Source: the human T2T-CHM13v2.0 reference genome, Homo sapiens
Strand: one strand, 5' to 3'
NCBI RefSeq assembly: GCF_009914755.1
Contig: NC_060933.1
DNA: 64,000 nt
Every line of letters begins with the position of its first letter. Positions within the stretch are counted from its first letter, which is position 1. The notes below the pieces were generated by a model, which did not search any database, had not been told where the DNA came from, and saw nothing but the letters and a program-made list of their open reading frames with translations. Below, piece by piece: positions 1 to 13,061 of this stretch. A program made the translations under genes and the position numbers.

Positions 1-75
1 TAAATTTGCATTTCTACATGTTCCTGGGTGATGCTGATGCTGCCAGTCCAGAGACCACACTTTGAGAACCTTCTG
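1..75 (+). mobile_element. MER5A-type hAT-Charlie fragment (3' end)
   Basis: ggtgatgctgatgctgcc...gaccacactttgagaacc matches the MER5 terminus. Confidence 0.8.
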
Positions 76-142
76 GTTGAAGTCATGGGAAACCATCTTC
101 TATTAGGAAAACCAGAAGATGAAGCAAAAGAAAATGGTTCAG

Positions 143-720
<578 letters not shown>

Positions 721-1126
721 TCCAAGCAATCATTTGAAGTATAATTCTTCACGTGTTAAATAATTGTACCTATAGAACCCTCAATAAATCTAGCACAGCC
801 TCTTATGCAGAGTACACTCTTAATGAAAAATTTAAAAATAAAGAGAGTAGATCACATCCTACTGCATCCTCTATTACTGCAGAAAATATCTGAAAATGAC
901 TATCAGTATTCATTTGCAAAATGAAACTGCATACCTTTAATTTTTAAAACTGAAATATTTGAAACATATACAAAATTTTTGACAGGAAATACTAGAGATA
1001 TCCAGCAATAACCTAATCCACTAAAATAACTTGTACTTTAAAAAGAATTATAATGCAGATACCATAGTATGTCATTTCTGAAACTCAGCTTAAGCATGAG
1101 AACAAAAATTGTTTTAAAGATATTAC

Positions 1127-1145
1127 CTTTTTTATTACTATTCAT
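1127..1145 (-). CDS. RASAL2: Candidate alternative first coding exon, MNSNKK + G (phase 1)
   Basis: Minus strand ATG AAT AGT AAT AAA AAA G|gtaata; in-frame TAG 20 codons upstream; about 500 bp of unique sequence upstream; weak Kozak context. Gene name inferred. Confidence 0.45.
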
Positions 1146-2171
1146 AAGCGGTTTGAATGCAGGAAAGATAAAACTAAAAAGGAGAGGAATCACTCTACCA
1201 TTCTATTAGATAGTCTCCTTTTTTTTTTTTTAAACAGTGGGTTGGCATGAAGAAGCAAGTGGTACAGTGGAAAACTTCTTGAATCCAGAAGCTGGCCAGC
1301 TGTTCCAAATCAGCTATTGTTATCAATCGCCTCTGAAAATCAACTTATCAAGCAGTTCACAGCTATCAGATGTTAAAAATCTCAAAAGTTCATAGGAAAA
1401 GTGCTAAAGGAATCAGCTCTCCCCTCCCCATTCCCCTCCTCCCGCTTTCACTGCTCCCATCCTCATGCCAGCATTTCAAATGACAGCAAAGTCCAGGAGA
1501 CATCAGTCCTGTCGGACTCAATTTGTGTCTGTGCAAGCGTATCAGAGCCAACTGCTACATAATGACTCCGTGTGATCACAGAGATGGAGACCTATGAATG
1601 CTCACTCAGGGAAGAAGTGATTTGGCTTTTCCTCCTACTCAGCTGAAGTGCAGAAGAAGACCAAATTTTTTCAAATGAACCTTCAAATGTTACTCCTGGA
1701 CTAGCAACAGTGATAGGATCTAGCACTCTAGAAACGAATGCAGCTATAAACATACATATTTATCCTTAAATGGGTTGTGCCCAAAGGAGGTCAGAGGTGT
1801 GAAGATGAAACGTATTCTAAATGTTCATTCCGGCTAATCTCCATTCCTTATCTTGTTTATTACACAGCAACATTGCCAAAAGGGAAATGCTAGCTGCCTA
1901 TCAGTAAGGTGGAATTTAAATTTAGGTACAAAAATTGGAAATGGATTCTTAAGAAAATAATTAAACCAAAAATAAACAGGATAAAAGAATATTATAAGGA
2001 GTTTCCATTAATCTATAGTAAGGCTTGCTAAGTACTCTGAAAAAAAAAAAGAGCAAGGAGGTTCAGTGATATTAAAAGTACCACGTTTTACCTTACTTCC
2101 ATCACACATTATCCAGCATTTGTCCAATAGCCTCAGCAGAAGCCAACCCTTTGATTTTTATATGTTCTGCT

Positions 2172-2463
<292 letters not shown>

Positions 2464-2959
2464 TCTGGCTCTCTGTCTTTCATCAGCAGGGACATGCAGA
2501 TAGAACTCAACCATGTATATGAATCTAAAATACAATTTCAAAAAATTTATAACTCCCCGGTTTCTTATTTCTCATACCACAAAGATCTTATGAAACAATA
2601 ATTTTGCTGATTTCCAATTAACTGAATTGTATATCAGCTTCTGTATATCTGTACATGGGTGGTTGGAGAAACTAACAGTTCAGAGGGCAATACGATGCAT
2701 GTAATATAATTTGAAATGGAACAACAAAGAGCGCACTTGCCTAAAAGCCTTAACAAATCACGGTTTCAAGCGATCACATAAAGTGACATCTATCCAACTC
2801 TTTTTCTTCAACTTACCATTGTAACACTTTTCTGTAATAAGTATATTCATATTCAAACCAATATGAATGTTGAAGGATTTGTACTATTTTTTCAGCTTTC
2901 TATACTGTTATTTGTGTCTAAATACTGTATTAAAATTTTCTTTAAAAAAAGACAAACTA

Positions 2960-3290
2960 GGGCCTAGAGTCCCTTAGAAAATGGCAGATTATAGGCTTTG
3001 TATGGGAAATGTAGAAAATTAGTCAACATCTTGCCATACCAGAAGCAAGGAAGTTGTCGGAACTACTAGGCTATATTAAAAAAAAAAAATCCAAGATGAT
3101 GAGGTGCCTATCAGCTAAATGTAGGGAAATCTGAGTGACAAAAAGAATAATAACTGCAAAGAACTACAACAAATCACATTATAATCTATGAGTTCATAAT
3201 TTTAAAAATTTCACTGGTTACTCTAGGAGAAAGTTAGAGAACCAAATCATTACTCTGAAAACGGGAACAGAAAAGGAAAGAATTAAGCAT
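2960..3290 (+). mobile_element. L1MC-type 3' fragment
   Basis: aacatcttgccataccagaagcaaggaag...aatctatgagttcata resembles the L1MC4/5 3' UTR. Confidence 0.65.
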
Positions 3291-3944
3291 TAAAAAAACA
3301 AAAACAAAAACAAAAACTACTGCTGTCACTTAAAACTAGATATCATTGTTTATCTCTGAACATTTTTCATTTTTCTATCATAACAAACCCATCCTCTCAA
3401 GTCTAGACATCTCAGAAGCAATATCATAATGATATTTAACCTGAACATACATGCATAAAAGATATGCATTAAGTTGGGGGATGGTATGGGAAGGAGTATG
3501 TCCCCAAATTACTTCTTTTTATCTACCTCCCAAACCAGGCCTCTGTAAATCAGCTGAATGTGGCTTCTAATTATTTAAGAGAAGGATCTATTTGTACAAA
3601 CGATGTGCTGCTAGGACTCTCCAATTTGTAAAACAGACAAAAGCAGGGCTGCTCTGGCTGAAGCCTGAAGGAGGGGAGGGGCCTGGAGCCTACAGCAAAC
3701 CTGACAGAGGCTTCAGGGGGCACCCCAGGAATTCCCTAGGCCCTCAGTGTCCAGCTACAACACAAGTACATGAAAAGAGAAGAGAACCCAAAAGCAAACT
3801 TTCAACATTTCACTGACTTGTGGATTTTCCAAGAGAAGGGAGCCATCTAAATATTTTAACGTGGTATAAAACAAGAATCTTCCAGTACTGACAGATATAA
3901 CTTTCTTCAGGATAGAAATGTTTTTTTATCTGCATTGACTAATA

Positions 3945-4062
3945 ATTGACCACTTTAAACGTAGCTAGTGCGACTGAGGAAGTAAAGTTTTTATCTTATT
4001 AAAGTTCAGTTTAAATTTACACAGCCACATGTGGCTAGTGGCTACCCTATTGGACAGCACAG
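3945..4062 (+). mobile_element. MER3-type hAT MITE fragment
   Basis: gctagtgcgactgaggaa...cagccacatgtggctagtggctaccctattggacagcacag. Confidence 0.85.
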
Positions 4063-4239
4063 ACTACAACTACAGGTTTACAGCACTGAACAGAAAGTCA
4101 GTGTTTTTTGGAGGTGTAGACTGAAACAATGAGGTGAGAATTCTGAGTTCTCGTAGTCCTTGGCTTCCCAATAACCAGACACTAAAGATTCACTGTCTTA
4201 TGTGAGGATACCCATTTAAGCTTTGGATCACTCACTAAC

Positions 4240-4577
4240 TGATATGGTTTGACTGTGTCCCCACCCAAATCTCATCTTGAATTCTCATGTGTTATGGGAG
4301 GGACCCAGTGGGAGATAACTGAATTATAGGGGCAGGGCTTTCCTGTGCTGTTCCCATGATAGTGAATAAGTCTCATGAGTTCTGATGATTACGTAAGGGG
4401 GAGTTTCCGGGCACAAGCTCTTTTCTCTTGTCTGCTGCCATGTGAGATGTGACTTTCACCCTCCACCATGATTGTGAGGCGTTCCCAGCCATGTGGAACT
4501 GTAAGTCCATTAAACCTTTTTTTCTTCCCAGTGTCTCAGGTATGTCTTTATCAACAGTGTGAAAGCAGACTAATACA
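4240..4577 (+). mobile_element. THE1A-type solo LTR (ERVL-MaLR)
   Basis: Termini tgatatggtttg...agactaataca; exact 5-bp TSD ctaac at 4235-4239 and 4578-4582. Confidence 0.92.
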
Positions 4578-4660
4578 CTAACCCACCCATGTCCCTCATC
4601 CTGCCAAATAAAAGATTTCATTTTTTTTAAATTATTTCATAGAATGTAAAGGGAAGATCA

Positions 4661-4704
4661 GTCTATGACCAAACTACCCTGAACACGCCCAATCTCATCT
4701 GATC
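4661..4704 (+). pseudogene. Tailless 5S rRNA retropseudogene (nt 1-44)
   Basis: 37/44 identity to the 5S 5' end GTCTACGGCCATACCACCCTGAACGCGCCCGATCTCGTCTGATC; 20-bp TSD agaatg(t/c)aaagggaagatca at 4641-4660 and 4706-4725; no poly-A. Confidence 0.9.
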
Positions 4705-6094
4705 AAGAATGCAAAGGGAAGATCAATAAGTGGTTGAGTATATAACTGGAAAATATCCAAGTAGAAATAGTGTTAACGAATGTTCCTTTAATATTAAAGG
4801 AAAAATTATGTTAAAGATGGCGTTTCATACTTCATTGTATTTCTCACTACTTCTGGCAGCAAAGAACTGCCACATTCTATAGACATAAAGGACAAGCACA
4901 CTTCTAAACATCCTCATGAAATAATTTGTATAGTTGTATAGTTTTTATAAAATGGCCACATTCGATTAATATTAGCGACGGATACGGGAAACACATTCTT
5001 AAATGTATGCAGGGCACCAAAAGCTTTAATGTCAATTACGGAAAATATTACTGAGAAAAGGGGCCATTGAACAAGGTTATTGAATTTAATAAAACTATGA
5101 AAAACAACCACAAACCAAGCACCTCTGAATAAAATAGTCAAACCTAAAAATATAAGAAATTATTTGTATGAAACTTGTAACACCTCAAAATTATACTCCA
5201 CATAATCAGCACATCAAATCAAAAACTCCAAATTTTTCTGTTTTGCCCTAAACATGTTTTTATGACAATCAGTTAGGAAAAACAACAAGAGGTAGTTTAA
5301 GAGCTATTACATATAAACACAAAGTGATAATTCAATCATCTCATTTTTGGCTTAGGCTATGACTTAATATGAAGACCCCAGGGGACTATAAGCACACAAT
5401 GATTCTTTGAAGAAATCAACTGAATTTTAAGAATACCCGAAGAGTAAAACAATTCCTATCAATATAGACACTTAAAAGATCCCTTATATGCCTAACTCTA
5501 ATACACAGAGAAAAAAAAGTCAATAGCTATTATTCTGAGCTTTTTCTATAGTTTATGATTCACTTTCCAAATTATTATTGATGCATCCCTGTAAGATATC
5601 AAGTGGCTTTACATTGGAAGCACATATAAATATTAGTTATTTTCAAGGATGGCAAAATGACATTATTAACTTTGATTGTTTCTTTCTCCTTTGGGAAGAA
5701 AAAAATGAGGTATGCCGTGAGAAATGAACAGATAGAAAGGAAAAAAAAACCTCATCTCCCTTTGTATCTATTGTTCCCCTACAAATAGAACTATAATTCT
5801 GATTTGAAAAGAAGGATAGCTTTAGAAAAAGAATCTAAAATTTCTTTCAGTTATTACTGCATGTCATAGCTTCTATCTAGTTTTATGTGATGCCAGTAGA
5901 AACTGGCAATGAAACGGTTAAAATACAAGTCTATTCAACATGCCGTTGGAACTCTAATATTTGTTCCTTTCATCCAAAAAGACACTGTAGAAGTGAGAAA
6001 CAGATCTTTCTCGCAAAGTGTAGATAGATATGCAATCCAGCCACTTTCCACTCAAACAGAACATGGATTCTATTATTTTAATCTCAGGCATTTC

Positions 6095-6402
6095 TTTTTT
6101 TTTTTTTTTTTTTGAGATGAAGTCTCATTCTGTTGCCCAAGCTGGAGTGCAGTGGCGTGATCTCGGCTCACTGCAACCCCCAACCCCCACTTCCCAGGTT
6201 CAAGCGATTCTCCTGCCTCAGCCTCCTGAGTAGCTGGGACTACAGGCACACATCACCATGCCAAGCTAATTGTTGTATTTTTAGTAGAGACAGGATTTCA
6301 CTATATTGGCCAGGCTGGTGTCAAACTCCTGATGTCGTGAGTGGCCCATCTCAGCCTCCCAAAGTGCTGGGATTACAGGCGTGAGCCACCGCGCCTGACC
6401 GG
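6095..6402 (-). mobile_element. AluS
   Basis: Antisense Alu, TSD ggcatttctttt. Confidence 0.95.
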
Positions 6403-6739
6403 GCATTTCTTTTTTTATGTTAAATAATTTATTAGGATATTCTGTTCAACCAATCAAAAGAAGTAATTAATATGCCCTTGATTAAGAGGTCTAGACAAGA
6501 CATTTTCATGCTAGGAGTATCACCATAAGCCTAATTTATCATGAAGCGATTATGCACCTGTTCCAAAATTTCATATTATTCCCTATATTTCACTTTTAAT
6601 AACCTATATACATCAAGCTATAAGACATTAGTTATGACCAATAAACTAATATGTAAGTCAAGCTTTAAAATTTCCTTGATGACAGACTGCACACATTACA
6701 ATAGGATCTTATCCTAATAGTAATGTATGATTTGTTGTT

Positions 6740-6920
6740 TTATTTTAAATTGATATATAAAACTGTATATATTATGCACAACATGATGTTTGAAGTATAT
6801 ATAGTATACATTGAGGAATGACTAAATTTAGCTAATTGACATATGCATTACCTCATATAGTTATCATTTTTATAATGAGAACATTTTACATGATCTGTCT
6901 TGGCATTTTTCAAGAATACA
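6740..6920 (-). mobile_element. L1MA 3' end fragment
   Basis: gctaattgacatatgcattacctcatatagttatcattttt typical of an antisense L1MA 3' UTR. Confidence 0.75.
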
Positions 6921-7377
6921 TGGATATGAAACTATCATTTCTACATCAATATAACTGATTTTGTCATCTTTAAAAATCAAAACAGGTTTTCTTAATGAAT
7001 GCAAAATATCTGTAAAATACATTTACTTTTCAAATGTTATGGGTAATAGGTTTTATTTATTATTGTATCTATTTTATTTGTTTTAGCCCTATCAATACAT
7101 AGTACGGAAAAGTCTGGCAATACATATTTTACTTCTTTACTATGAAAAGCAATTTTAAAAATTCACTTTGAGGAGAATTTACCACTCTCTAAAGGGAATA
7201 ATCTACATTGATCTCTTTTCCTTAGGATTATTTTAAGAATAAAGTGAAGGACCTTTTAATTGTTTTTTAAATAGTTCATTATGATAGCTCAAAGAAAACT
7301 AATTTAGCGCCTCGCAGGTGTAATATTTATTGGTAGCTCCATCCTCAGGGTGATCAAATCTCTGGGCCAGCTGTAAA

Positions 7378-7577
7378 AGTGACTTTGCCCTCTCCCTCAG
7401 GGAATGCCTAGAGACAATTTTTGTTCTCACAGCGCAAGAAGGGTGACCCATGGCACCTAAGGGTAGAGGCCACAGATACTGCCAAATACCCTATAACACA
7501 CAGAACAACTACCTGCCCCCCAACAAGAAATTATCCCATTCAGAATGTCAGCAATGCCAAAGGTGGGAAACCCTGTC
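7378..7577 (+). mobile_element. MER20 DNA transposon
   Basis: gggtagaggccacagatactgccaaa...cagaatgtcagcaatgccaaaggtgggaaaccctg. Confidence 0.85.
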
Positions 7578-8084
7578 CTAGAACAGCTCATTGGCACAGA
7601 GGAAAAATTCCAAATTAAAAAAAAAAGGGGGGGGGGGACTTTTAAGACATAATCTAATACATTGCTTTCTAAACCCACCAATTTTAGGTGTTTTCATACA
7701 TAAACTCAAAACAGATTTGAATTTCTGGGCATGGGAATATGGATGACACCCAAATTTCCCTTTTTGTCCTAAGTTAGAACCAAAGTTGGCTTGCCTCAAA
7801 AGTTTAGTTCACAGGCTTAGGCAGCATAAATATTGTCACCAATTAAAAGAATGAAGCTGTTAAATGGAACAGACATTGCACTGATGTCAGTCAGTGAATA
7901 GATATGGTTCCCATGTCTCATGATGGGAGCTTAGCTCTTCTCTAAGGGAACAGTCTCAGGAAAGAAATACTCAGTTTCAAGGACTGTTTTCTCATATCAC
8001 TGCTAGCAATAGAGATCAATAGTGGAACGGTGAAAGGCTGTCATAAATGGCTAAGGAAAGTGGAATTAAAGAATATTCTCTTCA

Positions 8085-8310
8085 TACCTCTCTCACCTTA
8101 TACACAAATCTACTGAAGATGAATCAAAGAGTTATATCTATGACCCAAAACCGTAACAATTCTAGAAGATAACATCAGAAAAACCCTTCTAGACATCGGC
8201 TTAGGCAAAGACTTCATGACCAAGAACCCAATAGCAAATGCAACAAAAACAAACATTAAATAGATAGGACTTAATTCAACTAAAAAAGCTTCTGCACAGC
8301 AAAAAATAAC

Positions 8311-8341
<31 letters not shown>

Positions 8342-9320
8342 TCAACAGAGTTAACAGAAAACCTACAGAGTGGGAGAAAATCTTCAAAATCCATACATCG
8401 ACATAGGACTAATATCCAGAATCTACAAAGAACTCAAACTCAAATCAGCAAGAAAAAAAAAATCACATCCAAAAGTGGGCTAAGGATATGAACAGACAAT
8501 TCTCAAAAAAGATATACAAATGGCCAACAAGCATATGGAAAAACGCTCACAAAATGCTCCCTGATCACTAATGATCAGAGAAATGCAAATCAAAACCACA
8601 ATGCAATACCACCTCGGTCCTGCAACAATGGTCATAATCGAAAAAATATTTTAAAAAATAGATGTTGGTGTAGATGTGGTGAAAAGGGAACACTTCTACA
8701 CTGTTGACAAGAATGTAAACTAGTAAAACCGCTATGGAAAACGGTGTGAAGATTCCTTAAAGAACTAAAAGTAGATCTATCATTTGATCCAGCAATCCCA
8801 CTACTAAGTATCTACCTAGAAGAAAAGAAGTCATTATCCGAAAAGATACTTGCACACGCATGTATACAGCAGCACAATTTGCAACTGCAAAAATATGGAA
8901 CCAGCCCAAATGCCCATCAATCAACGAGTGGATAAAGAAAATGCAGTATACTTATACCACGGAATATGACTAAGCCATAAAAAGGAATGAAATAATGGCA
9001 TTTGCAGCAACACAGATGGAATTGGAGACTATTATTCTAAGTGAAGTAGCTCAGGAATGGAAAACCAAACATTGCATGTTCTCCCTCATAAGGAGGAGCT
9101 AAGCTATGAGGATGCAAAGGCATAAAAATGATATAATGGACTTTGGGGACTGAAGGGAAAGGCTGGCAGCAGGGTGAGGGATAAAAGATTACACATTGGG
9201 TGCAGTGTACACTGCTTGGGCGATGGGTGCACCAAAATCTCAGAAATCACCGCTAGAGAACTTATGCACATAACCAAACACCATCTGTTCCTCAAAAACC
9301 TATTGAAATAAAAAATAAAT
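8085..9320 (+). mobile_element. 5'-truncated L1PB1-type LINE (ORF2 end and 3' UTR)
   Basis: Degraded ORF2 C-terminal region; 3' UTR ggtgcaccaaaatctcagaaatcacc...ctattgaaataaaaaataaa; internal (AAT)n at 8311-8340. Confidence 0.9.
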
Positions 9321-9659
9321 TTTAAAGACAGAACATTATAATCCCAACGTTGTCCTCATGACTATTCCCACATCTCTCTAAGATACTATTAACAATTTAC
9401 ATAGTAGAGAAAATAGGTTGTGTGGGGAAACTAAATAAATGACTATCAAACCAAACAGAAACATAAAATCTAAAGAAAGGTAAAGAGGACAAATATTAAC
9501 CATATATATATCCAAAATACACTCTTCACTTCTCTCACTCTGTACATATATTTCATTCAGTTATATTGCACTCATCTTTACTGTTAGTGCCCTCTTCACA
9601 TCTACTCCCTCCTTCAATGAAACCACAGACTGATAAAAATCAGAAGAAAAAAATAACAT

Positions 9660-9810
9660 CATTTTGGGCAACCCTCTCATTTAACAGACAATGCATGAAG
9701 TACAAGGACATAATGGAATTAATAACCTCAAAATGCACAAGTGAGTAGTCTCAGAGGAGGGCTTAGAACCAATTTTCTTTCTTCTATAGCATGGTGTATC
9801 TACTTTTACT
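9660..9810 (-). mobile_element. MIR fragment
   Basis: Degenerate MIR core. Confidence 0.45.
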
Positions 9811-10293
9811 ATCTCTGACTTACTGCAACAGAAATAGATAGCTGAGGCGATGTCATGATTAATTCCAAAGTGATCAACATAAAGAAAAAGTCCCTCCTTT
9901 AATTAGCAAAGAGACAATATTACAATGGGCATAAACGAAAGGGGAAGGCAACCTTAAAGGCGGGGTATAGGAAGGCAGGATGAAAGAATCTCACTGAATG
10001 AAGGTATTTGGCAGTCACTGTCCTAGACCAATAAATAATTCACAAATGAAAGTTTATCCTATGAGTCAAAAATTTTCTAAAGGGTCAATCTTTAACTTGG
10101 TACCTGTTATTATGTACCTGTGTATCTTAGAGTAAAAGTTTATAGACGTGCTTGGAAGGAAAAATGATTAACCAGTAATAGATTTTCTAAATTCTCACGT
10201 TTGTAATTGAACGAATAACATGCAGACACATGTTTATACCACCTTAAGGTATACCTATTTTGCATATTACCATCAAGTTCTATTTTATGGAGT

Positions 10294-10294
10294 T

Positions 10295-10325
<31 letters not shown>

Positions 10326-10600
10326 GATAGGGTCTTGTTCTGTCGCCCAGGCTGGAGTGCAGTGGCACAATCACAGGTCACTGCAGCCTGGAAATCCTGG
10401 GCTCAAGCTATCCTCCCGCCTCTACCCCCAGAGTATCCGGGAATACTGGCAAGTGCCACCACATTTGGTTTTTCAATTTTTATTGGGAAGGGGTCTTGCT
10501 ATGTTGCCCAGACTGGTCTTGAACTCCTGGACTCAAAACAATCCTCCCAAACTGGCCTCCCAAGGTGGTGGAATTACAGGCATGAGCCACCATGCCCAAT
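10294..10600 (-). mobile_element. AluJ with (CT)n tail
   Basis: Antisense, diverged Alu; (TC)n at 10294-10320. Confidence 0.92.
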
Positions 10601-11219
10601 CGATTTTTTTTTTTTCTCTGTAAAATTTAAATGTCAGCAAGGACATATGTTGAGTAATTGTGACAAGGTGGGAACGGGTTAGATTCTGAATTCACAGAGT
10701 TATACAGTCTGGTTATCTCAGTGGAGAGACAACAGCCTGAGTGCACTTTATTACGAAGTTGCTGAGGGCAACATGGCCATATTGAAAGAAGAAATGAAGA
10801 TACACAATGGTTATTTTTCAAAAGAAGTTGGCGTTACAAAGTGATTTGATAATAAAGTACGAAAATTTCCTGCAGCAATAAAAGCACTATGCATTTCCCA
10901 TACCAAGATGTATCAGAGTGGCAGCGAAAAAAATATTATTCCAATACTCACTCCTTTAGAAAATATATTTGAGACCTCTGGAAAGACTTTTTAAAGTACT
11001 GTCATTTTTATTGTACTTCTATAAAATACTGAAACAAAATACACAATATGGATATCAAAAAAGGAGTTTAAAGTCATTAAAAGCCTGCTAGCAAACTAGC
11101 TGTAGTAACTTTCTCAACACCAAACTTTCTAGAAACCAATTGTTATCTTAAATGAACAGCCCATTAAACTAAAAGAAAAGAAAATGTTGAATAAAAACAT
11201 CGATCAAACTTCTCTGCTG

Positions 11220-11353
11220 GGTCAGGCACGATGCCTCATGCCTGTAATCCCAGTGCTTTCAGAGGCTGAGGCAGGAGGATCACTTGAGGTCAAGAGTTCA
11301 AGACCAGCCTGGGCAACATAACAAGACCCCATCTCTAAAAACAAACAAACAAA
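11220..11353 (+). mobile_element. FLAM / Alu left monomer
   Basis: Single monomer with (AAAC)n tail. Confidence 0.9.
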
Positions 11354-11758
11354 ATTTATCTGTTGGATATGGGTCTCACATAGGCCTTTTGAAACCCAGA
11401 TATTTATATTTCAAAGTAGAGGAGTAGTCATTCTAAAATGAGTAGGAATAGGTTCAGGAAGCAAGCCAGGAGTGTGGCTGGCAAAGATGTGCAAGGATGG
11501 GTGGAAGAGAAGTGCAGGGAATGCCTAATTGTTATCTGGTGCAGGATCAAGCCCCAAATTAAAATGCCATCTTTTTAAGAATTTCTCTATCTTTTGTGGT
11601 GTACCTAACAATGTTTCCATCACAAACTGAATATAGACTGACCCTTTCCTTTATTATGTTTCCTTTAATATTTTTAAATCATAGGTTTAATCATGAATAT
11701 TTATATTGCCTTGTTTAAAAAAATTGAACAGCCACACTTTAGAAAATGTGCTTACTTC

Positions 11759-12392
11759 ACTAATAGCCCTCACTCAGGCACTAGAATTAGGAAAAGGAAA
11801 AAGGATAAATATATATACAGGCTCTAAGTATGCTTACCTAGTCCTCCATTCCCATACAACAATATGGAAAGAAAGGGAATTCCTAACTTCCGAGGAAACA
11901 CCTATCAAACATCAGGAAGCCATTAGGATATTACTATTGGCTGTACAGAAACCTAAAGAGGTGGCAGTCTTACACTGCAGGGGTCACCAGAAAAAGAAGG
12001 AAAGGGAAATAAAAAGGAACCGCCAAGCAGATATTAAAGCCAAAAGAGCCACAAGGCAGGACCCTCCCTTAGAAATGCTTACAGAAGGACACTTAGTATG
12101 GGGTAATCCCTTCCAGGAAACCAAGCCCCAGTACTCAGAAGAAGAAATAGAATGAAGGACCTCACGAGGACGTAGTTTCCTCCCCTCAGGATGGCTAGCC
12201 ACCGAAGAAGGAAAAATACTTTTGCCTGCAGCTAACCAATGGAAATTACTTAAAACCCTTCACCAAACCTTTCACTTAGGCATTGATAGCACCCATCAGA
12301 TGGCCAAATTATTATTTACTAGACCAGGCCTTTTCAAAACTATCAAGCAGATAGTCAGGGCCTGTAAAGTGTGCCAAAGAAGTAATCCCCTG
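11759..12392 (+). pseudogene. HERV-W pol remnant: RNase H and integrase N-terminal zinc finger
   Basis: LIALTQALELGKGKRINIYTGSKYAY...HCRGHQ; one in-frame TGA at 12153-12155; then LHQTFHLG...ACKVCQR (HHCC) in the same frame. Confidence 0.9.
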
Positions 12393-12415
12393 CACTGCAG
12401 GCCATACATTTCAAT

Positions 12416-12646
12416 CCCTGTATCTTTAACCTCCTTGTTAAGTGTGTCTCTTCCAGAATCGAAGCTGTAATATATATGGTTCTTCAAATGGAGCCACAGA
12501 TGCAGTCCATGACTAAGATCTACCGCGGACCCCTGGACCGGCCTGCTAGCCCATGCTCCGATGTTAACGACATTGAAGGCACCCCTCCTGAGGAAATCTC
12601 AACTGCACAACAACTACTATGCCCCAATTCAGCAGGAAGCAGTTAG
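12416..12646 (+). pseudogene. HERV-W env C-terminal remnant (syncytin-1-like cytoplasmic tail)
   Basis: Open frame PCIFNLLVKCVSSRIEAVIYMVLQMEPQMQSMTKIYRGPLDRPASPCSDVNDIEGTPPEEISTAQQLLCPNSAGSS*. Confidence 0.9.
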
Positions 12647-12704
12647 AGCGGTTGTCAGCCAACCTCCCCAACAGCACTTGGGTTTTCCTGTTGAGAGCGG
12701 GGAC

Positions 12705-13028
12705 TGAGAGACAGGACTAGCTGGATTTCCTAGGCGGAATAAGAATCCCTAAGCCTAGCTGGGAAGGTGACTGCATCCACCTTTAAACATGGGGCTTGCA
12801 ACTTAGCTCACACCCAACCAATCAGAGAGCTCACTAAAATGCTAATTAGGCAAAAACAGGAGGTAAAGAAATAGCCAATCATCTATTGCCTGAGAGCACA
12901 GCAGGAGGGACAAGGATCAGGATATAAACCCAGGCATTCGAGCCGGCAACAGCAACCCCCTTTGGGTCCCCTCCCTTTGTATGGGAGCTCTGTTTTCATT
13001 CTATTTCACTCTATTAAATCCTGCAACT

Positions 13029-13031
<3 letters not shown>
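12705..13031 (+). promoter_or_regulatory. LTR17 U3-R (no U5) with CCAAT boxes, TATA-like box and polyA signal
   Basis: Starts tgagagacaggactagctgg after the PPT; ccaatc near 12818 and 12875; gatataaa near 12921. Confidence 0.85.

Positions 13032-13061
<30 letters not shown>

Noticed and set aside
1238-1395. + strand acceptor (T-run, AAACAG) followed by 51 open codons GWHEEASGTVENF...
   Set aside because: No recognisable protein, no partner + strand exons, and it opposes the inferred host strand; at most an antisense non-coding exon
11706-12155. 149-aa RNase H-like ORF as a functional gene
   Set aside because: Starts at a TTG in flanking DNA outside the insert, catalytic Asp replaced, part of a truncated HERV-W retrocopy
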